Part shown: piece after piece, positions 33,093 through 44,559 of the stretch
Position numbering within the stretch: the stretch's first letter is position 1
How the letters are laid out: the number at the start of each line of letters is the position of its first letter
Virus record (IMG/VR): IMGVR_UViG_3300046692_000091
Span: 186,001 to 250,000 of that record
Strand: one strand, 5' to 3'
Length of the DNA stretch: 64,000 nt
Notes under the pieces: model-generated
Seen by the model: the letters and a program-made list of their open reading frames with translations, nothing else
Database searches by the model: none
What the model was told of the DNA's origin: nothing
Program-made: the position numbers and the translations under genes

Positions 33093-33575
33093 ATGAAGAT
33101 AGTATTAATTGCTGCATTCAGTAATGATGGAGGGATTGGCCGTAACAATAAGCTCCCATGGAAATGTGCTAATGACATGGCTTACTTCCGTAAGATCACA
33201 GTCGGTGATACACATGCCTGTGTGATGGGGCGTAAGACTTGGGAATCATTACCTCCTAAGAAACTCCCAGGTCGTCTGTGTATCGTCTTGAGTTCACAAC
33301 CAATTGATGATCCACGATGCATTGTTGTTAAGTCTTTTGATGAGGCTAAGGCTACAGCCAAAACACTCGGGTTGAAGAAGCTGATTATTATTGGTGGTAG
33401 TACTCTATTCAATGAATACTACGACAAATGTGATGAACTCCATCTGACCCACATTCATGAAGAAGTAACTGATTGTGATACGTTCTTCAATCCAGTATTG
33501 AAGCCACAACGGTGGCGACTGGTGGAATCCGTGCTACACCCAGATTGTACCATCAATCGGTGGTTGCGTCGATAA
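33093..33575 (+). CDS. folA: dihydrofolate reductase
   Basis: IAAFSNDGGIGRNNKLPW, DMAYFR, VMGRKTWESLP, LPGRLCIVLS, IIGGS, CDTFF. Confidence 0.96.
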   Translation: MKIVLIAAFSNDGGIGRNNKLPWKCANDMAYFRKITVGDTHACVMGRKTWESLPPKKLPGRLCIVLSSQPIDDPRCIVVKSFDEAKATAKTLGLKKLIIIGGSTLFNEYYDKCDELHLTHIHEEVTDCDTFFNPVLKPQRWRLVESVLHPDCTINRWLRR

Positions 33576-33582
33576 CTATTTA

Positions 33583-33611
33583 GCCTACCTTTCGGGGTAG
33601 GCTTTATGTCG
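33583..33611 (+). terminator. hairpin terminator-like element
   Basis: GCCTACCT-TTCG-GGGTAGGC-TTTATGTCG. Confidence 0.8.
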
Positions 33612-33631
33612 CATTTAAACTATTTTAAGGG

Positions 33632-33640
33632 CTATATTAC
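33632..33640 (+). promoter_or_regulatory. phiKZ-type early promoter-like motif
   Basis: CTATATTAC preceded by TTTAAA, as at 45708. Confidence 0.65.
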
Positions 33641-33725
33641 TTTCGTGGATATGCTTGACAAGTATCCTAAATAACGGCATAATGAATGGGTAAACAAGAA
33701 GTTTACTCAACCTAAGGAGTGGTAC

Positions 33726-34307
33726 ATGAAACATCTTCAAAAGTTTTTGGGTTTGGTCCAGGACTTCATCGTAACTGGTGAACGTTATGTGACAGGCATT
33801 TCTACCGTAGGTGGCGTCTACACCTATACTTACGATGATGAGACTCGTGAGTTCCAAGCAGAAGAAGATACCGTTGTCAAGTTCTACTACAACGATTTCA
33901 CCAAGAAGTTAGTTAATAACATGGAAGGTGAAGATATTGAATGTGCCATCGAAGCCATGGCCGATGTACTGGCCGAACTGTCTGGCAAGAATTTCCGTGA
34001 CTTCTTGGGCGGCTATGAACAAAAGCAATCATACGTTCGCCCAAAGAAAGTGAAAGTGAATTATGGTGAGCAGCTTGAAGAACAAATCAAGCGGCTGATC
34101 AACACTGCACCAAAAGGCTTTAACATCGTGATCGATGAATACCGCCTTTGCTTCACTCCGATGAAAGGTTGGTTTACAGTCATCGTTGACAACAAGTACA
34201 TCGCGGGTTATAATGCCATCAGTCTTCAGGGATATCACAATGTCCCAGATGAAGATTACGTGAAGGTAACATCGGTTCTCGACAAAGCAATGAAACTCGT
34301 TGCTTAA
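33726..34307 (+). CDS. hypothetical protein
   Basis: SD AAGGAG; 193 aa. Confidence 0.8.
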   Translation: MKHLQKFLGLVQDFIVTGERYVTGISTVGGVYTYTYDDETREFQAEEDTVVKFYYNDFTKKLVNNMEGEDIECAIEAMADVLAELSGKNFRDFLGGYEQKQSYVRPKKVKVNYGEQLEEQIKRLINTAPKGFNIVIDEYRLCFTPMKGWFTVIVDNKYIAGYNAISLQGYHNVPDEDYVKVTSVLDKAMKLVA

Positions 34308-34358
34308 CTAAGAAAAGGCTCCTCGAAAGGGGAGCCACTTTGGACAAGGAGCTTTTAC

Positions 34359-34610
34359 ATGAATGCAGCTATCGCTCAAGTTAAAGACGGCATCGATACT
34401 CTCGTCGAAGTATTGACCAGTGACCTCAGCACCACACACGACGATTACACAATCGAATACAGCGTTGTGGATCAACGATTCAAGGTCCATAGCTACAAAG
34501 GCATGTTCGTGAGCAATCTGGAAAATGGGTCGGGCTTCTCGACTTATCCAGATGAAGAACTGGTGCATGTACACGCAGCTATTGAAGCTGTGCGTGCAAC
34601 ACGGGTTTAA
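34359..34610 (+). CDS. hypothetical protein
   Basis: SD AAGGAG; 83 aa. Confidence 0.75.
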   Translation: MNAAIAQVKDGIDTLVEVLTSDLSTTHDDYTIEYSVVDQRFKVHSYKGMFVSNLENGSGFSTYPDEELVHVHAAIEAVRATRV

Positions 34611-34662
34611 CGACATAAAGGCTACCCTTCGGGGTAGCCACTATGCCTTATTTTTTTTTTTG
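34611..34662. terminator. bidirectional terminator
   Basis: CGACATAAA-GGCTACCC-TTCG-GGGTAGCC-ACTATGCC plus T-tract; 26 nt identical to the 9329 element. Confidence 0.85.
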
Positions 34663-34667
34663 TTTCG

Positions 34668-36824
34668 TTACATGCTAATCGTTGGGCTGTACCTGTTTGT
34701 ACGTACCTTACGGGAACGTTCATCCTTAACCTGACGGATCATTGCATCGATACCAACACCAGCAGCTTCGTCCATGTTGATGTAACGGGACAATGCACGG
34801 AGCTTCAGTTCGATCTTAGCCGAGACCATCGGGTTCTTCTCCCCTTTCATCTCTTCAATCAATGCATCGAATTCTTTCTTCGCTTTGGATTCGTTATCAT
34901 TGCGATACACTTCAACCTTAGTCAGTTCACGATCAGACAGTTGCGCCTTCGAGAAGATGATGTTAGAATTGATTCCATAGTAAGAAAGGTTCTGGCCTTG
35001 GATACATACCCAGTGCGCCAGCAACATCGAGATTACCAAGTCATCGTGATTACCACGACTGTGGTCAATACGACCATTACGGATAGTCAGCGCCAAGATC
35101 TCTGTAATCAGCAAGTTACAGTGCATACGGCGGGAACCATAATCCATAGAACTCGGAAGAGAAACCATGTACAATGAGTCACGCGAATAACGACCACTAC
35201 CAGCGGTGTTGAAACCGAAGTAACGTTTGAAGCGATCGTAGAACGTAGGTGAACGAGAAGAGATCGGTGTTTGGATATCACGGAACTCTGTTTCCAGAAT
35301 AGTAGCGTCATCCACAATCCGGTTAAAGATACGTTTGAACGGATCGATACCGGCACGGTGCAATGCAATAACCACGTAATCGATAATCGCCATACCCATT
35401 GACTTACGTTCTGGAACGAATGTAATATTAGGATACTTGATCAGGATAGCTGCCAAGAATGCAGAGAGCTGTGGAATGTTAGTTTCATTGTATCGTCCAG
35501 TTGCAACAACATCGTGCGTCTCAACATCAATGATAACCATACCTGTGGAGTCGTTGTCTTTACCTAAGAGTTCAGATGGATCGATACCCATTAGGTAACG
35601 ACTAGCATTCATCCGGGTTTCCATATGCTCACGGGAAATGAACCAACGGATAGTGTAGCCTTCCGAAGTGATCTCTGTCCATACGGGTTCTTTCTCGGAT
35701 TCCTTGATTCGTTTCTTCTGCTCTTGGGTAATAGGAGAACCTTCACCACCAACCGTCCAGATGTTGAAATAATCTCGGTCAGCGATCTCACCGTACTGAG
35801 CAGATTCCCGCAGAGTCTTGAACAGCCATTCATCGGAACGACCTAGTTGACGGTGGTTGAATGCACCGTAGATCAGGGGCTTCAAACCTGACGATGTTTT
35901 CTCAACGACTTTGTGTAGAGTCCTTTGGTCAGCCAAGTCAAACCAAGCTTCTGTCCAAGGTGCACCACCTGTTAAGAACTTGTGTGCGAACTCGCCATCT
36001 CGTGTGGTAATGTTACCAGCAGTTGTAGTGAACACGTTGCCGTATGGTTGACCTTGAGCAGCAGCTTCCTCACGTGCAGCAGAACCAGATGCCAGTGCTA
36101 CTGGCAGAGAGTATTCGATTAAGTTGATGTACGCTAATTCGTCGAAGTGCATGATAGGTACGGTCAAACCTCGACCGAGTTTATCCGCAGCGATCTTATC
36201 GTTACGACCCACCGAAGACTTGTACTTATTACCCAGACGGATACAGGTCATCATGTCTTGGTTGTCAACGTCAGCGAAGTCTTTGGAATGAACATAGCCT
36301 GGCAGCAAGTCCATCATAACTTTCAGACGTTCAATGTTAGCATTCTTCAGTTTCGTATCTTTCGTAATCAGGTTGATTACGGTGTTCTCACCCCAGATGT
36401 ACATCATACCTGTCATCAGTACGTCAGTAGATACGGACTTACCTGTTTGTCGAGGCTGGAGTAGTCCGAAGTCTACGTGGTTAAAGAAAGACCAGAACAG
36501 TGCAATGTTACCTCGGTTAGCCCGGAAAGGAATTGGATTGTTACCAGAGGTAGGAGGGATACGTGCGATCTCTCGGAAGTAGTACCATGGATTATACTTA
36601 GCCTCAAGCATAATCTTCATTTTAGTTGCGTCATCCAAATCCGGTGAATATGGATCGACACCTTGGAGTTCAGGCTGGAACAAAGCCAAACAGAAGTCCG
36701 AGTTCTTGATGCCCATCTTCTTATAGAGGGCGACTAGTTTCAAGAAAGACTCATTCTTAGTTTTAGTATCAGCAATAGCTGAAGGAAACTTTTCCCAGTC
36801 TTCGATAAAGAGAATTACGTTCAT
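34668..36824 (-). CDS. terL: terminase large subunit (phiKZ gp25-like)
   Basis: Walker A LLQPRQTGKS, Walker B MHFDE, nuclease motifs MGIDPS and HDDLVIS; ATG 36824 lies below a terminator at 36916. Confidence 0.92.
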   Translation of the reverse strand: MNVILFIEDWEKFPSAIADTKTKNESFLKLVALYKKMGIKNSDFCLALFQPELQGVDPYSPDLDDATKMKIMLEAKYNPWYYFREIARIPPTSGNNPIPFRANRGNIALFWSFFNHVDFGLLQPRQTGKSVSTDVLMTGMMYIWGENTVINLITKDTKLKNANIERLKVMMDLLPGYVHSKDFADVDNQDMMTCIRLGNKYKSSVGRNDKIAADKLGRGLTVPIMHFDELAYINLIEYSLPVALASGSAAREEAAAQGQPYGNVFTTTAGNITTRDGEFAHKFLTGGAPWTEAWFDLADQRTLHKVVEKTSSGLKPLIYGAFNHRQLGRSDEWLFKTLRESAQYGEIADRDYFNIWTVGGEGSPITQEQKKRIKESEKEPVWTEITSEGYTIRWFISREHMETRMNASRYLMGIDPSELLGKDNDSTGMVIIDVETHDVVATGRYNETNIPQLSAFLAAILIKYPNITFVPERKSMGMAIIDYVVIALHRAGIDPFKRIFNRIVDDATILETEFRDIQTPISSRSPTFYDRFKRYFGFNTAGSGRYSRDSLYMVSLPSSMDYGSRRMHCNLLITEILALTIRNGRIDHSRGNHDDLVISMLLAHWVCIQGQNLSYYGINSNIIFSKAQLSDRELTKVEVYRNDNESKAKKEFDALIEEMKGEKNPMVSAKIELKLRALSRYINMDEAAGVGIDAMIRQVKDERSRKVRTNRYSPTISM

Positions 36825-36915
36825 TCGTAAAGTCCTTGTAGGTATGTTGGGGCCGAACGGTATAAAAGATTTCGACCCCGTCCTTGCCCGGAAACGTATA
36901 GAAGTCATAGAATTA

Positions 36916-36944
36916 CGGCATAAACGGCCACCTAATGGTAGCCG
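36916..36944 (-). terminator. hairpin terminator-like element
   Basis: Minus strand CGGCTACC-ATTA-GGTGGCCG-TTTATGCCG. Confidence 0.75.
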
Positions 36945-36955
36945 AGTATGTTTTA

Positions 36956-38635
36956 TCAGATCAGTTGTTTCAACGGCACGGCAGTCATTGCGAGTTGCAA
37001 ATCGGTACCGACAGTACGACGAATCCATTGAATATAAACCAGTTCGCCATCGTTAGACAGATCATTGTTTACCTTCAGAACATCGTTCCATTGGGACACC
37101 GCGTACTCGTAAACGTTGTGCAGGAAATGCACACGGAAGTGAGTAGGCAGTGGAGCCACAACTTCAGACTCTGGATTGATCAGTGGTTCAGCAGCGTAGT
37201 ACATCTTCTGCAACCACAGTTCCTTAGTCTGCAGGCCTTGGCCTAACCGCAGGTTCCATTGGTTAGTTTCGATGAACTCTACGTTCGCTTTCAGGCCACG
37301 ACCATAAGGAGCGGCTTGATCAGGACGGAACAGGATTTCCCAATCAGCGCCATTCATACCAGCTTGCAACAGCGATACTTGAACGGTCGATACAAAGCGG
37401 ACAGGTTTAAACACGCCATCTACTTCGTTGAGGTTCAATGCGTACGTCAGGTCTTGGATAAAGCCATAGCCTTTCGGATCGAATGGCCGTGAAGTCATAC
37501 CCAGTTGAACCTGAGGAGTAACGTTCCAGTACCGTTCCCGATCTTGGTTGTACAGCCAGAACTCTAAGCGGTAACCCACAGCTTCGTTGACCCAGACTGG
37601 ATACACGAATAGACGACATTCGTAAGCACCTTCAGCCGGAGTAGTCCGAGCAATATAGTTCATAGTGATCTTACGATCAGTGGTTGGGTTAAGACCATAA
37701 GAGATCTCATCCTGCGCCAGTTGATACGTTAGAGTCATGCCGAACTCTTGACCTACTTCGGTTGCTACGTAGTTACGCAGACCCAGTAGTTCCATCGCAC
37801 TACCATTAACGGCCTTACGATCTTTCTTACCATCGCGGTAATGAACCAGACCAGTCATTGGTAGAGATTCAACAGCAACGTTCAGAGGGAACTCAACGAT
37901 CTTAGGATCAGATGCACTGATCCACGAGGAATCAATGGAAATACCTTTAACGTAACGTTTCGATGTATCCGGTTGACGAATAGCTTGCGAGTTCACAACA
38001 ATGAGTTGTGCTACGGACAGTTGTTTACCATTGGCAGCGTAAGCCACCAAAGTAACCCGTTCGCCATCTGGTAGGTCTACCGAAGTATAACCGGCCATAG
38101 GTACGGTGACGCCATGTTCATAAGAAGTGCCAGGCAACATACCTGGGAGCACAGCAACTTCCACAGGAACCTTAGGCCCCAGGTAGTTACCAGAACCATC
38201 GTAGTACTCGGAGATTACTTTACCATAAGTCTCTGAGATATCGCTACCTTTAAAGACTTGGTAAGACTGAACTTCTGTACCATAGAAATGGCAACGGAGA
38301 TCAGGAGTAAAAGTGTGAGGTGTAACAGTTTGATCAAGGAAGATACGGAAAGATTCCGAACTGTAACCTGGACCTGTTGCAATCAATACGTTCTCAGGGC
38401 CATCTGGATCTGGAGCAACTGGATCATGCCAGAGCTCCAAGATCGACATGCCTGTAGATTCGTCTACTTCGATTACACGGAATACGCCTTGATCCCAATC
38501 GCGAACAGCATCATTCACGTTAGGGATAAACTTATTAGTTTCACCAGGGAAACTAACGATCTCCGATCTGTGCCAAGTCCAGAACCCCCGTTGAGGGTCC
38601 AGGAAGGCAGATCGGGTAAATGGGGTGAAGGCCAT
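36956..38635 (-). CDS. virion structural protein (phiKZ gp26-like by synteny)
   Basis: 559 aa between terL and the sheath-proximal genes in phiKZ-like order. Confidence 0.75.
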   Translation of the reverse strand: MAFTPFTRSAFLDPQRGFWTWHRSEIVSFPGETNKFIPNVNDAVRDWDQGVFRVIEVDESTGMSILELWHDPVAPDPDGPENVLIATGPGYSSESFRIFLDQTVTPHTFTPDLRCHFYGTEVQSYQVFKGSDISETYGKVISEYYDGSGNYLGPKVPVEVAVLPGMLPGTSYEHGVTVPMAGYTSVDLPDGERVTLVAYAANGKQLSVAQLIVVNSQAIRQPDTSKRYVKGISIDSSWISASDPKIVEFPLNVAVESLPMTGLVHYRDGKKDRKAVNGSAMELLGLRNYVATEVGQEFGMTLTYQLAQDEISYGLNPTTDRKITMNYIARTTPAEGAYECRLFVYPVWVNEAVGYRLEFWLYNQDRERYWNVTPQVQLGMTSRPFDPKGYGFIQDLTYALNLNEVDGVFKPVRFVSTVQVSLLQAGMNGADWEILFRPDQAAPYGRGLKANVEFIETNQWNLRLGQGLQTKELWLQKMYYAAEPLINPESEVVAPLPTHFRVHFLHNVYEYAVSQWNDVLKVNNDLSNDGELVYIQWIRRTVGTDLQLAMTAVPLKQLI

Positions 38636-38637
38636 CG

Positions 38638-41358
38638 TTAAGTCCTCGTGATATAGATGGAATGTGAAAGATCAGGCATCTCACGGAGACCCAGCTTCAG
38701 TACTCTCACAAAGAAGTCATACTGTTGGATGTCTAATCCTTGCGCCGTCGGATACCAGTGTGGATAGACCATGACATGGTTCTTGTTGTAATCGCGGTTC
38801 AGGATGTCGAAAGGTTTTAGCCATTCGTACTTCTTCACAGCGTTAGCAATATCCATGTCGGTATAGAAGCCATTCACAAGTGGTGGTTTCAGTCTACCAT
38901 TAATCAGGTCGGTAAGAATCTTACAAGTGTAAGCACTGTAGACAAAGTAATGTGTAGTGATCTTATCCGATTCAGGACGTGGGCGACCAGGGAAGTATTC
39001 AGTCATGTAATCACTGACTTGCTTATCCTTAACATCATCAACAGCACGGGCTACACCATCAGGATCATAGACATCCCGGAAAGTAACTTGAGGTGTTTGG
39101 ATCTGATAAGGTGCGCCATTACGCTCATCACCGATTACCATATCGGCAAAGTCTTCATCAAACTGCACATCAGCAAAGTCACGGTAGTGACCATCTACAA
39201 CAATCCGTTGCATCTTGTGCGTGTGGATATCGTAAACATTGTTAGCTGATAGAACTCCGTATTCAACAAAGCCAAACTCGGTAGGTTTATACAGCGTAAA
39301 GTTTGCTGAACAGAATCCAGTACCCCGTGTGATAACTGTGTTGATATCATTCAGGTATTCCAAGTTGTTTAATACGACTTGCGTCTCTTGGAAAGTAGGA
39401 CCTGGGATAATGACGTAGTCAAGGTCTTCAACTAGTGTCCGACCATTACGGCCATCTTCATCTGCTAGGATGATATCTAGTTGCCCGAAAGGAATATCCA
39501 TCAGTTCTTCTGTGAGTTGACCAGACGACATGGATTCATGACGGAAGCTATACTTAATGATACCATCATTCTTATTGAATCGACGGGTATCTAAGAAGAA
39601 GCGATTCGAACGACGGATCAAACCTTGCCATGCCGTATCCTGAACAGTCCAACGGAAAGTCGGAATATCCCCAGTCTCATCTAAGAAGCCCCACTCGTGA
39701 CGATTTGGCAAATCAGTAATATCTTGCCAATCACCAGTAGGTACACCACCCCAGATACGGTTCACATAGACTCTGAACTCATAGCCCCCAGGAAGCTCGA
39801 CAGGATTGACCCCATACACACCTTCCAAATTGTTGCTACCAACGCCTGTGATGGCTTCTACGTATGCACAGGTGCTATTGCGCACGTAGTAACGTGACCC
39901 ACCTGTGTGATAGAACCATTCTAACAACAAACCTTGTGCATCGTACTCAAATACCGTAGTATTCTCCCAGTAGCAATAAGCCAGATCTGCAACGCGGTTA
40001 GTTTGATCTAGGTAGACCTTAGATGGGTTGTTCGCTAACAGATGGGCAGACTCGTGATAACCGAATACGTCACCTGCAAAGTTCTGAGCGTCTTGTTTAG
40101 ACTGATTCGTTTTCGATGGGTCTTGAAATGCAATCGGGTAGACTACATCCGGACTAGCCGACATGAAACGAACGTAAGCTGCTTTCTCCAAATTAGCTGC
40201 ATGCCACAAAGGCATAGAGTCAGCACCAGTCATGGCACGAATAATGTCGGTATCTTTCAAACGGTACAGTTCTTGGATACGGGACGAGTCAGCGATAATA
40301 GGACGTTCATTACCAGACCGACGATAATACATGCGAATGTACATCGGATCATGGGTTGTCCATTTATCTGAAGGCCATCTCGGATCAGTACCTACCCGTG
40401 GATCTTCTGGATGGCTTGCAATCATCGACTGCACACGACCAACTGGAATAGACCAATCACGGTGAGTCAGTTGACGCATCCACTTACCATCGTTGTGATG
40501 ATAATGAATCCCCGAATAACGATTCAAAGCGTTATTGTTTTTACACAAGAACACAGCGATGTCATCATGGAACTCGATCGTGGTAGCCGCTTGTGCTTTA
40601 GGCATGTGGATCAAGTATTTATTCGACGCATCTAATGTCGAAGTGAACGTAGGGTTATTCAGTAGTGGGTATTCAATCATCCGATAGATAGAACTATCGA
40701 GAACCCATTCGCAGTAATCCCCTACACCTGCCGTTACTAAAGAAATCTCTTGCACTAGTCGACCGTTAACCCAGCATAGAGGGAAGCCCCCTTTCTCAGC
40801 TAACAGATCCTGCATCTGTACTTGGAACTGACGGAGTTCGGCAGTTGTATTAGGACGGATGGAATGTGCTTCAATGAAATTACGAGTCGATTGGTCGGAG
40901 CGCTTACTTTGGAAGAAAGCGTTTTGGTAGAAGTGTAGGTATGGTTGTTGCTCATCCAAATCCGGAAATAAAGGAAGGATCTTTACAGCAACCAGTAAGT
41001 TTTGATTGGTGGTCAGCAATACCCAGGTTTGTGCCCGAGAGTACTGAATACCACTGTCAACGTAGACTTCGCCAAGCATCTTGTGATGGATAGCTAATTT
41101 CTCTAGTGACATCCATTGGTTGTAAACCTTTGGGAGAGCCAAGTGGGATGGAACCACCTGACCGATTTGATACACATGGAACCAATCCCGTTCAGACTCG
41201 TAAGGCAGTACATACCGCTCACCATCAACTACGTAGTTACGACGTGTGCCATAACGCGGAGTAAGTTGACGGAGCTTGTATTGAAACTGCCGATCTTGCC
41301 CGAGGTTACACCAAACGTTATCAATCGCGTAGCGCAACAGATAGTCGTTCATTGTCAT
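38638..41358 (-). CDS. virion structural protein (phiKZ gp27-like)
   Basis: 906 aa; N-terminal DYLLRYAIDNVWC..QDRQF typical of this family; synteny. Confidence 0.78.
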   Translation of the reverse strand: MTMNDYLLRYAIDNVWCNLGQDRQFQYKLRQLTPRYGTRRNYVVDGERYVLPYESERDWFHVYQIGQVVPSHLALPKVYNQWMSLEKLAIHHKMLGEVYVDSGIQYSRAQTWVLLTTNQNLLVAVKILPLFPDLDEQQPYLHFYQNAFFQSKRSDQSTRNFIEAHSIRPNTTAELRQFQVQMQDLLAEKGGFPLCWVNGRLVQEISLVTAGVGDYCEWVLDSSIYRMIEYPLLNNPTFTSTLDASNKYLIHMPKAQAATTIEFHDDIAVFLCKNNNALNRYSGIHYHHNDGKWMRQLTHRDWSIPVGRVQSMIASHPEDPRVGTDPRWPSDKWTTHDPMYIRMYYRRSGNERPIIADSSRIQELYRLKDTDIIRAMTGADSMPLWHAANLEKAAYVRFMSASPDVVYPIAFQDPSKTNQSKQDAQNFAGDVFGYHESAHLLANNPSKVYLDQTNRVADLAYCYWENTTVFEYDAQGLLLEWFYHTGGSRYYVRNSTCAYVEAITGVGSNNLEGVYGVNPVELPGGYEFRVYVNRIWGGVPTGDWQDITDLPNRHEWGFLDETGDIPTFRWTVQDTAWQGLIRRSNRFFLDTRRFNKNDGIIKYSFRHESMSSGQLTEELMDIPFGQLDIILADEDGRNGRTLVEDLDYVIIPGPTFQETQVVLNNLEYLNDINTVITRGTGFCSANFTLYKPTEFGFVEYGVLSANNVYDIHTHKMQRIVVDGHYRDFADVQFDEDFADMVIGDERNGAPYQIQTPQVTFRDVYDPDGVARAVDDVKDKQVSDYMTEYFPGRPRPESDKITTHYFVYSAYTCKILTDLINGRLKPPLVNGFYTDMDIANAVKKYEWLKPFDILNRDYNKNHVMVYPHWYPTAQGLDIQQYDFFVRVLKLGLREMPDLSHSIYITRT

Positions 41359-41364
41359 CCCCTG

Positions 41365-42300
41365 TTAAACAAATTGTTCTTTCACTGAGTGACCAACGAG
41401 GTCAATAAAGTTACGAATGTCATTCGCACGACCGACCTTTTCAGCTCGCTCAGTAATTTTGGACTTACGGTATGAGCGATCTGACACTGCCGTATACAAA
41501 ATGGCAATCCAGGTCGGCAGATGTTCTAGTGACATACCGACGTTGTCGGAAGCATTAGTACCATACCACGATGCTTTTAATAGAACGTGGAGATCCGCAA
41601 ATTTCAACTTACCCATGCTCAGCGTACGAGCTTTCGTACTGAGTTCATTTGCCAGTTGTTCAGCATTTTCCAGGTCACCAATAGTGTCCTGCATGTCTGG
41701 ATCAACTAGGTTCAAAACGAAGTCAAGCGGAACTGCAGTGATACGAGAAATGATTGGTGCAAAGCGCACACGATCATGACCTGGTTTACGTAGTTCTGGT
41801 GAGAGCATGGCTTGGTAGTAAAGTGCAGCAATAACTCGCAGCACCATTTCAGATTCTGGACGAAGGGTGTATTTCTGTACGAGAGTACCAGAGATCCAGT
41901 CCATGAAAACTTTGGCAGGGAAATCAGTCATTCGTGCGAAACCACTAGCGCCTTGCATCATTAACTTGTGAGTCAATGCTACTCGTACGCATTGCAGTTG
42001 CCAATCGTTTGCAGCAATCAGCCGTGTTACGCCTGTGCGTTCATCGTAACGCATATACTGACGACCATCCACTACCAATCGTGGTTGGCGTTCGTCGCCG
42101 AGATTTACGATGTGTGCGAAGTTCGGAATGTCGTCGTGTTCTTCACGCGGGGTCACATAGCCAGTGTCGATCAGAGTTTCATTTAATACAGTTTGCATTG
42201 GCGGAAGCGACAAGGTGATTTCAGCCTTGTGGATTGCACGTACATATTCTTCGGGTTTGTTCAGACGACCTAGAGTCGTTTGGTATGGCAGAATGACCAT
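41365..42300 (-). CDS. virion structural protein (phiKZ gp28-like)
   Basis: SD AAGGAG; divergent from the tail sheath gene; ALEH-like SLEHLPTWIAILY motif. Confidence 0.72.
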   Translation of the reverse strand: MVILPYQTTLGRLNKPEEYVRAIHKAEITLSLPPMQTVLNETLIDTGYVTPREEHDDIPNFAHIVNLGDERQPRLVVDGRQYMRYDERTGVTRLIAANDWQLQCVRVALTHKLMMQGASGFARMTDFPAKVFMDWISGTLVQKYTLRPESEMVLRVIAALYYQAMLSPELRKPGHDRVRFAPIISRITAVPLDFVLNLVDPDMQDTIGDLENAEQLANELSTKARTLSMGKLKFADLHVLLKASWYGTNASDNVGMSLEHLPTWIAILYTAVSDRSYRKSKITERAEKVGRANDIRNFIDLVGHSVKEQFV

Positions 42301-42426
42301 TCCGTATCTCCTTTTTAGGGGGTAAAAAATAACTTCGATGGTCAATTATAATTAATATCTATGATTGACCGTTAGTTTACACTCATAACATCGAGTTCAA
42401 AGCTCCATACTTGGGAGAAACAAAAG

Positions 42427-44523
42427 ATGTCTTATACCAACGCTGTCCCTAAGGTAACCTTCAACGGTATCCGGGACTTGAGTCGTCGGGCGTTCCAACG
42501 GCCACCGGTCACGTTCGCTCAACATACTCCACTGCTGCGTCTCTTCACCGAGACCGGCCCAACAGATACCACTTATGTCGGCAACGATGAAGGTGGCTTC
42601 GCAACTATCTACGGTGAAAGCTCGCTCGCTCCGCGCAGCAAGTTTTTCAACCAGCAGTCTCTTCTGGCTCTCCAGTTCCTCAGCGAAGGTAACGGCTTCT
42701 ATGTGAAGCGTCTGTCTCCGGAAGATGCGGGTAACTCTGCACGTATTATCGTAGCACTAGAAATGGTCCACGACTACGTTGATCAGACGATTACGCAGCT
42801 TGGCGGCTTCAACTACCCGAATGCGGTTGGTGATCTGTCGGCAAGTCCTTTAGCTGCTGGTGATAACCAAGTTGAAGGCTACCGTGCACGTATCATTCTG
42901 ATTCGTGATAATGATTCCGAAGTTGGTACTCAACGTATCCTGCCTGGCGAAATGGTTTCGACCATCGACAACTCGCAGTCGACTGTATACCCGCTGTTCG
43001 AATTGCCTGCTGCATTCTTCGGTTCCCAAGGTAATAACCTGGGTATGCGAATCTGGTGTACATCTACCGATGATCCAGATGGCTTCGATGAAGTGACTGC
43101 AGAGCGCTTCAAGACTCGTATGTACCGCGTTCAATTCGTGGAACTGCCAGTCGTAGGCAACACCCCAGTTATCGTGAAAACCGCAATGGACGAAGATTTC
43201 GTTAACGTATCTTTCGATCCGGGTGTTTATTCCGATACCTACAACATGGACTACACTATCGATGACGTACTGATCGATAAGTATTCTGATGACGGTTTTG
43301 AATCCGGTTTGTCCGTTCTCTACTCGCCATTCAGTCAGTGCCATGTTTACCGTGACAACGTTAAGCTGGTTCAGGAATTGATTCTGGCAGCTGAGCAAGC
43401 TGTTAACCCAGCAATCGCCGGTACTGTTACCAGTGCCTCGCAGATCGACTTCCTGACTATGATCGGTGAAGACGGTGATGCTTACCAGTCCATTCAATTG
43501 GAAGGTGCGATGGGTGGTGGTGTTACTCTCGGTAAGAACGCAACCATCTACGCTTCTGGCGGTGATGATGGTACCACTTCTCTCGACGAATACAACAAGC
43601 TTGTTGACATCGAGAACACCAACTTCGGTAAGCTGGGTAATGACCAGTATGAAAACATTGCACACTACCAGTTCGGCGTTCTGTACGATACCGGTCTGCC
43701 AATGGAATCGAAGTTCCGTGCTATCCAGGTTTTGGCTGCTCGTAAAGACGTTCAATACTTCTTCACTACGTTCGTTGATGGTGAGACTCGTCTCCTGTCT
43801 GCATCGGAAGAAGCATCACGTTGCCAAGCACTGATCACTCGTTTGCAAGCTTATCCGGAATCGACTCTGTTCGGTACACCTGTCTGCCGTGCGATGATCT
43901 CGCTGCAAACTGGTAAGCTGATCGGTGGTGGTAATGGTCTGCCTAAGTATGTTCCTCAACTGCTGGACATCGGTGTCAAGTGGGCTCGGTACGCTGGTAT
44001 GGGTACTGGTATCCTGCGTGAAGGTTTCGAGATGGACGTATCTCCGAACAACCGCGTAACACTGGTTAAAGATCAGAACGTTAAGTTCTTCGGCGAACGT
44101 ACACGTGCACAGCTGTGGGCAAACGGTGCAACCTGGTCGCAATCCTACGATCAACGTTCACAGTACTACCCTTGCCTGCGTTCGGTTTACAAAGACGATA
44201 CTTCGGTACTGCTCTCGCCGATCACAGTTAACATCTGCTGCGACCTGATCCGTTTGATCCACAAGGTTCACGCGGACTTCTCTGGTAACGCCTTCCTGTC
44301 GAAAGAACAGTTGGTTGAGCGTACAGATGAGCGAATCCTGGAACTGACCCGTGAGCGCTACGGCGATCGCGTTGACGTTATCCCACGTTCGTACATCTCT
44401 GCCATGGACGATAACAACGGTACCAGCTGGAGCTGTGAAGTGACTGTTGCGGCTAACAACCCGCACACCACTCTGAACTTCAACCTGACTACTATCCGTC
44501 GGGAAGCCAATACCCAGGCGTAA
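42427..44523 (+). CDS. tail sheath protein (phiKZ gp29-like)
   Basis: 698 aa; [39 protein letters not shown]; followed by the tube gene. Confidence 0.9.
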   Translation: MSYTNAVPKVTFNGIRDLSRRAFQRPPVTFAQHTPLLRLFTETGPTDTTYVGNDEGGFATIYGESSLAPRSKFFNQQSLLALQFLSEGNGFYVKRLSPEDAGNSARIIVALEMVHDYVDQTITQLGGFNYPNAVGDLSASPLAAGDNQVEGYRARIILIRDNDSEVGTQRILPGEMVSTIDNSQSTVYPLFELPAAFFGSQGNNLGMRIWCTSTDDPDGFDEVTAERFKTRMYRVQFVELPVVGNTPVIVKTAMDEDFVNVSFDPGVYSDTYNMDYTIDDVLIDKYSDDGFESGLSVLYSPFSQCHVYRDNVKLVQELILAAEQAVNPAIAGTVTSASQIDFLTMIGEDGDAYQSIQLEGAMGGGVTLGKNATIYASGGDDGTTSLDEYNKLVDIENTNFGKLGNDQYENIAHYQFGVLYDTGLPMESKFRAIQVLAARKDVQYFFTTFVDGETRLLSASEEASRCQALITRLQAYPESTLFGTPVCRAMISLQTGKLIGGGNGLPKYVPQLLDIGVKWARYAGMGTGILREGFEMDVSPNNRVTLVKDQNVKFFGERTRAQLWANGATWSQSYDQRSQYYPCLRSVYKDDTSVLLSPITVNICCDLIRLIHKVHADFSGNAFLSKEQLVERTDERILELTRERYGDRVDVIPRSYISAMDDNNGTSWSCEVTVAANNPHTTLNFNLTTIRREANTQA

Positions 44524-44559
44524 GCCTGGGATTGTCCCCATTAGCAAGAGGTCCATAAA

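Noticed and set aside
27495-36824. Introns, inteins or homing endonucleases in nrdA, nrdB or terL
   Set aside because: The ORFs are uninterrupted, of ordinary length, and show no intein or LAGLIDADG/HNH motifs.
36825-37028. 68-aa N-terminal extension of the terminase in the ORF track
   Set aside because: It crosses a terminator (36916-36944) and overlaps the upstream gene; ATG 36824 has an SD-like AAGGAC.
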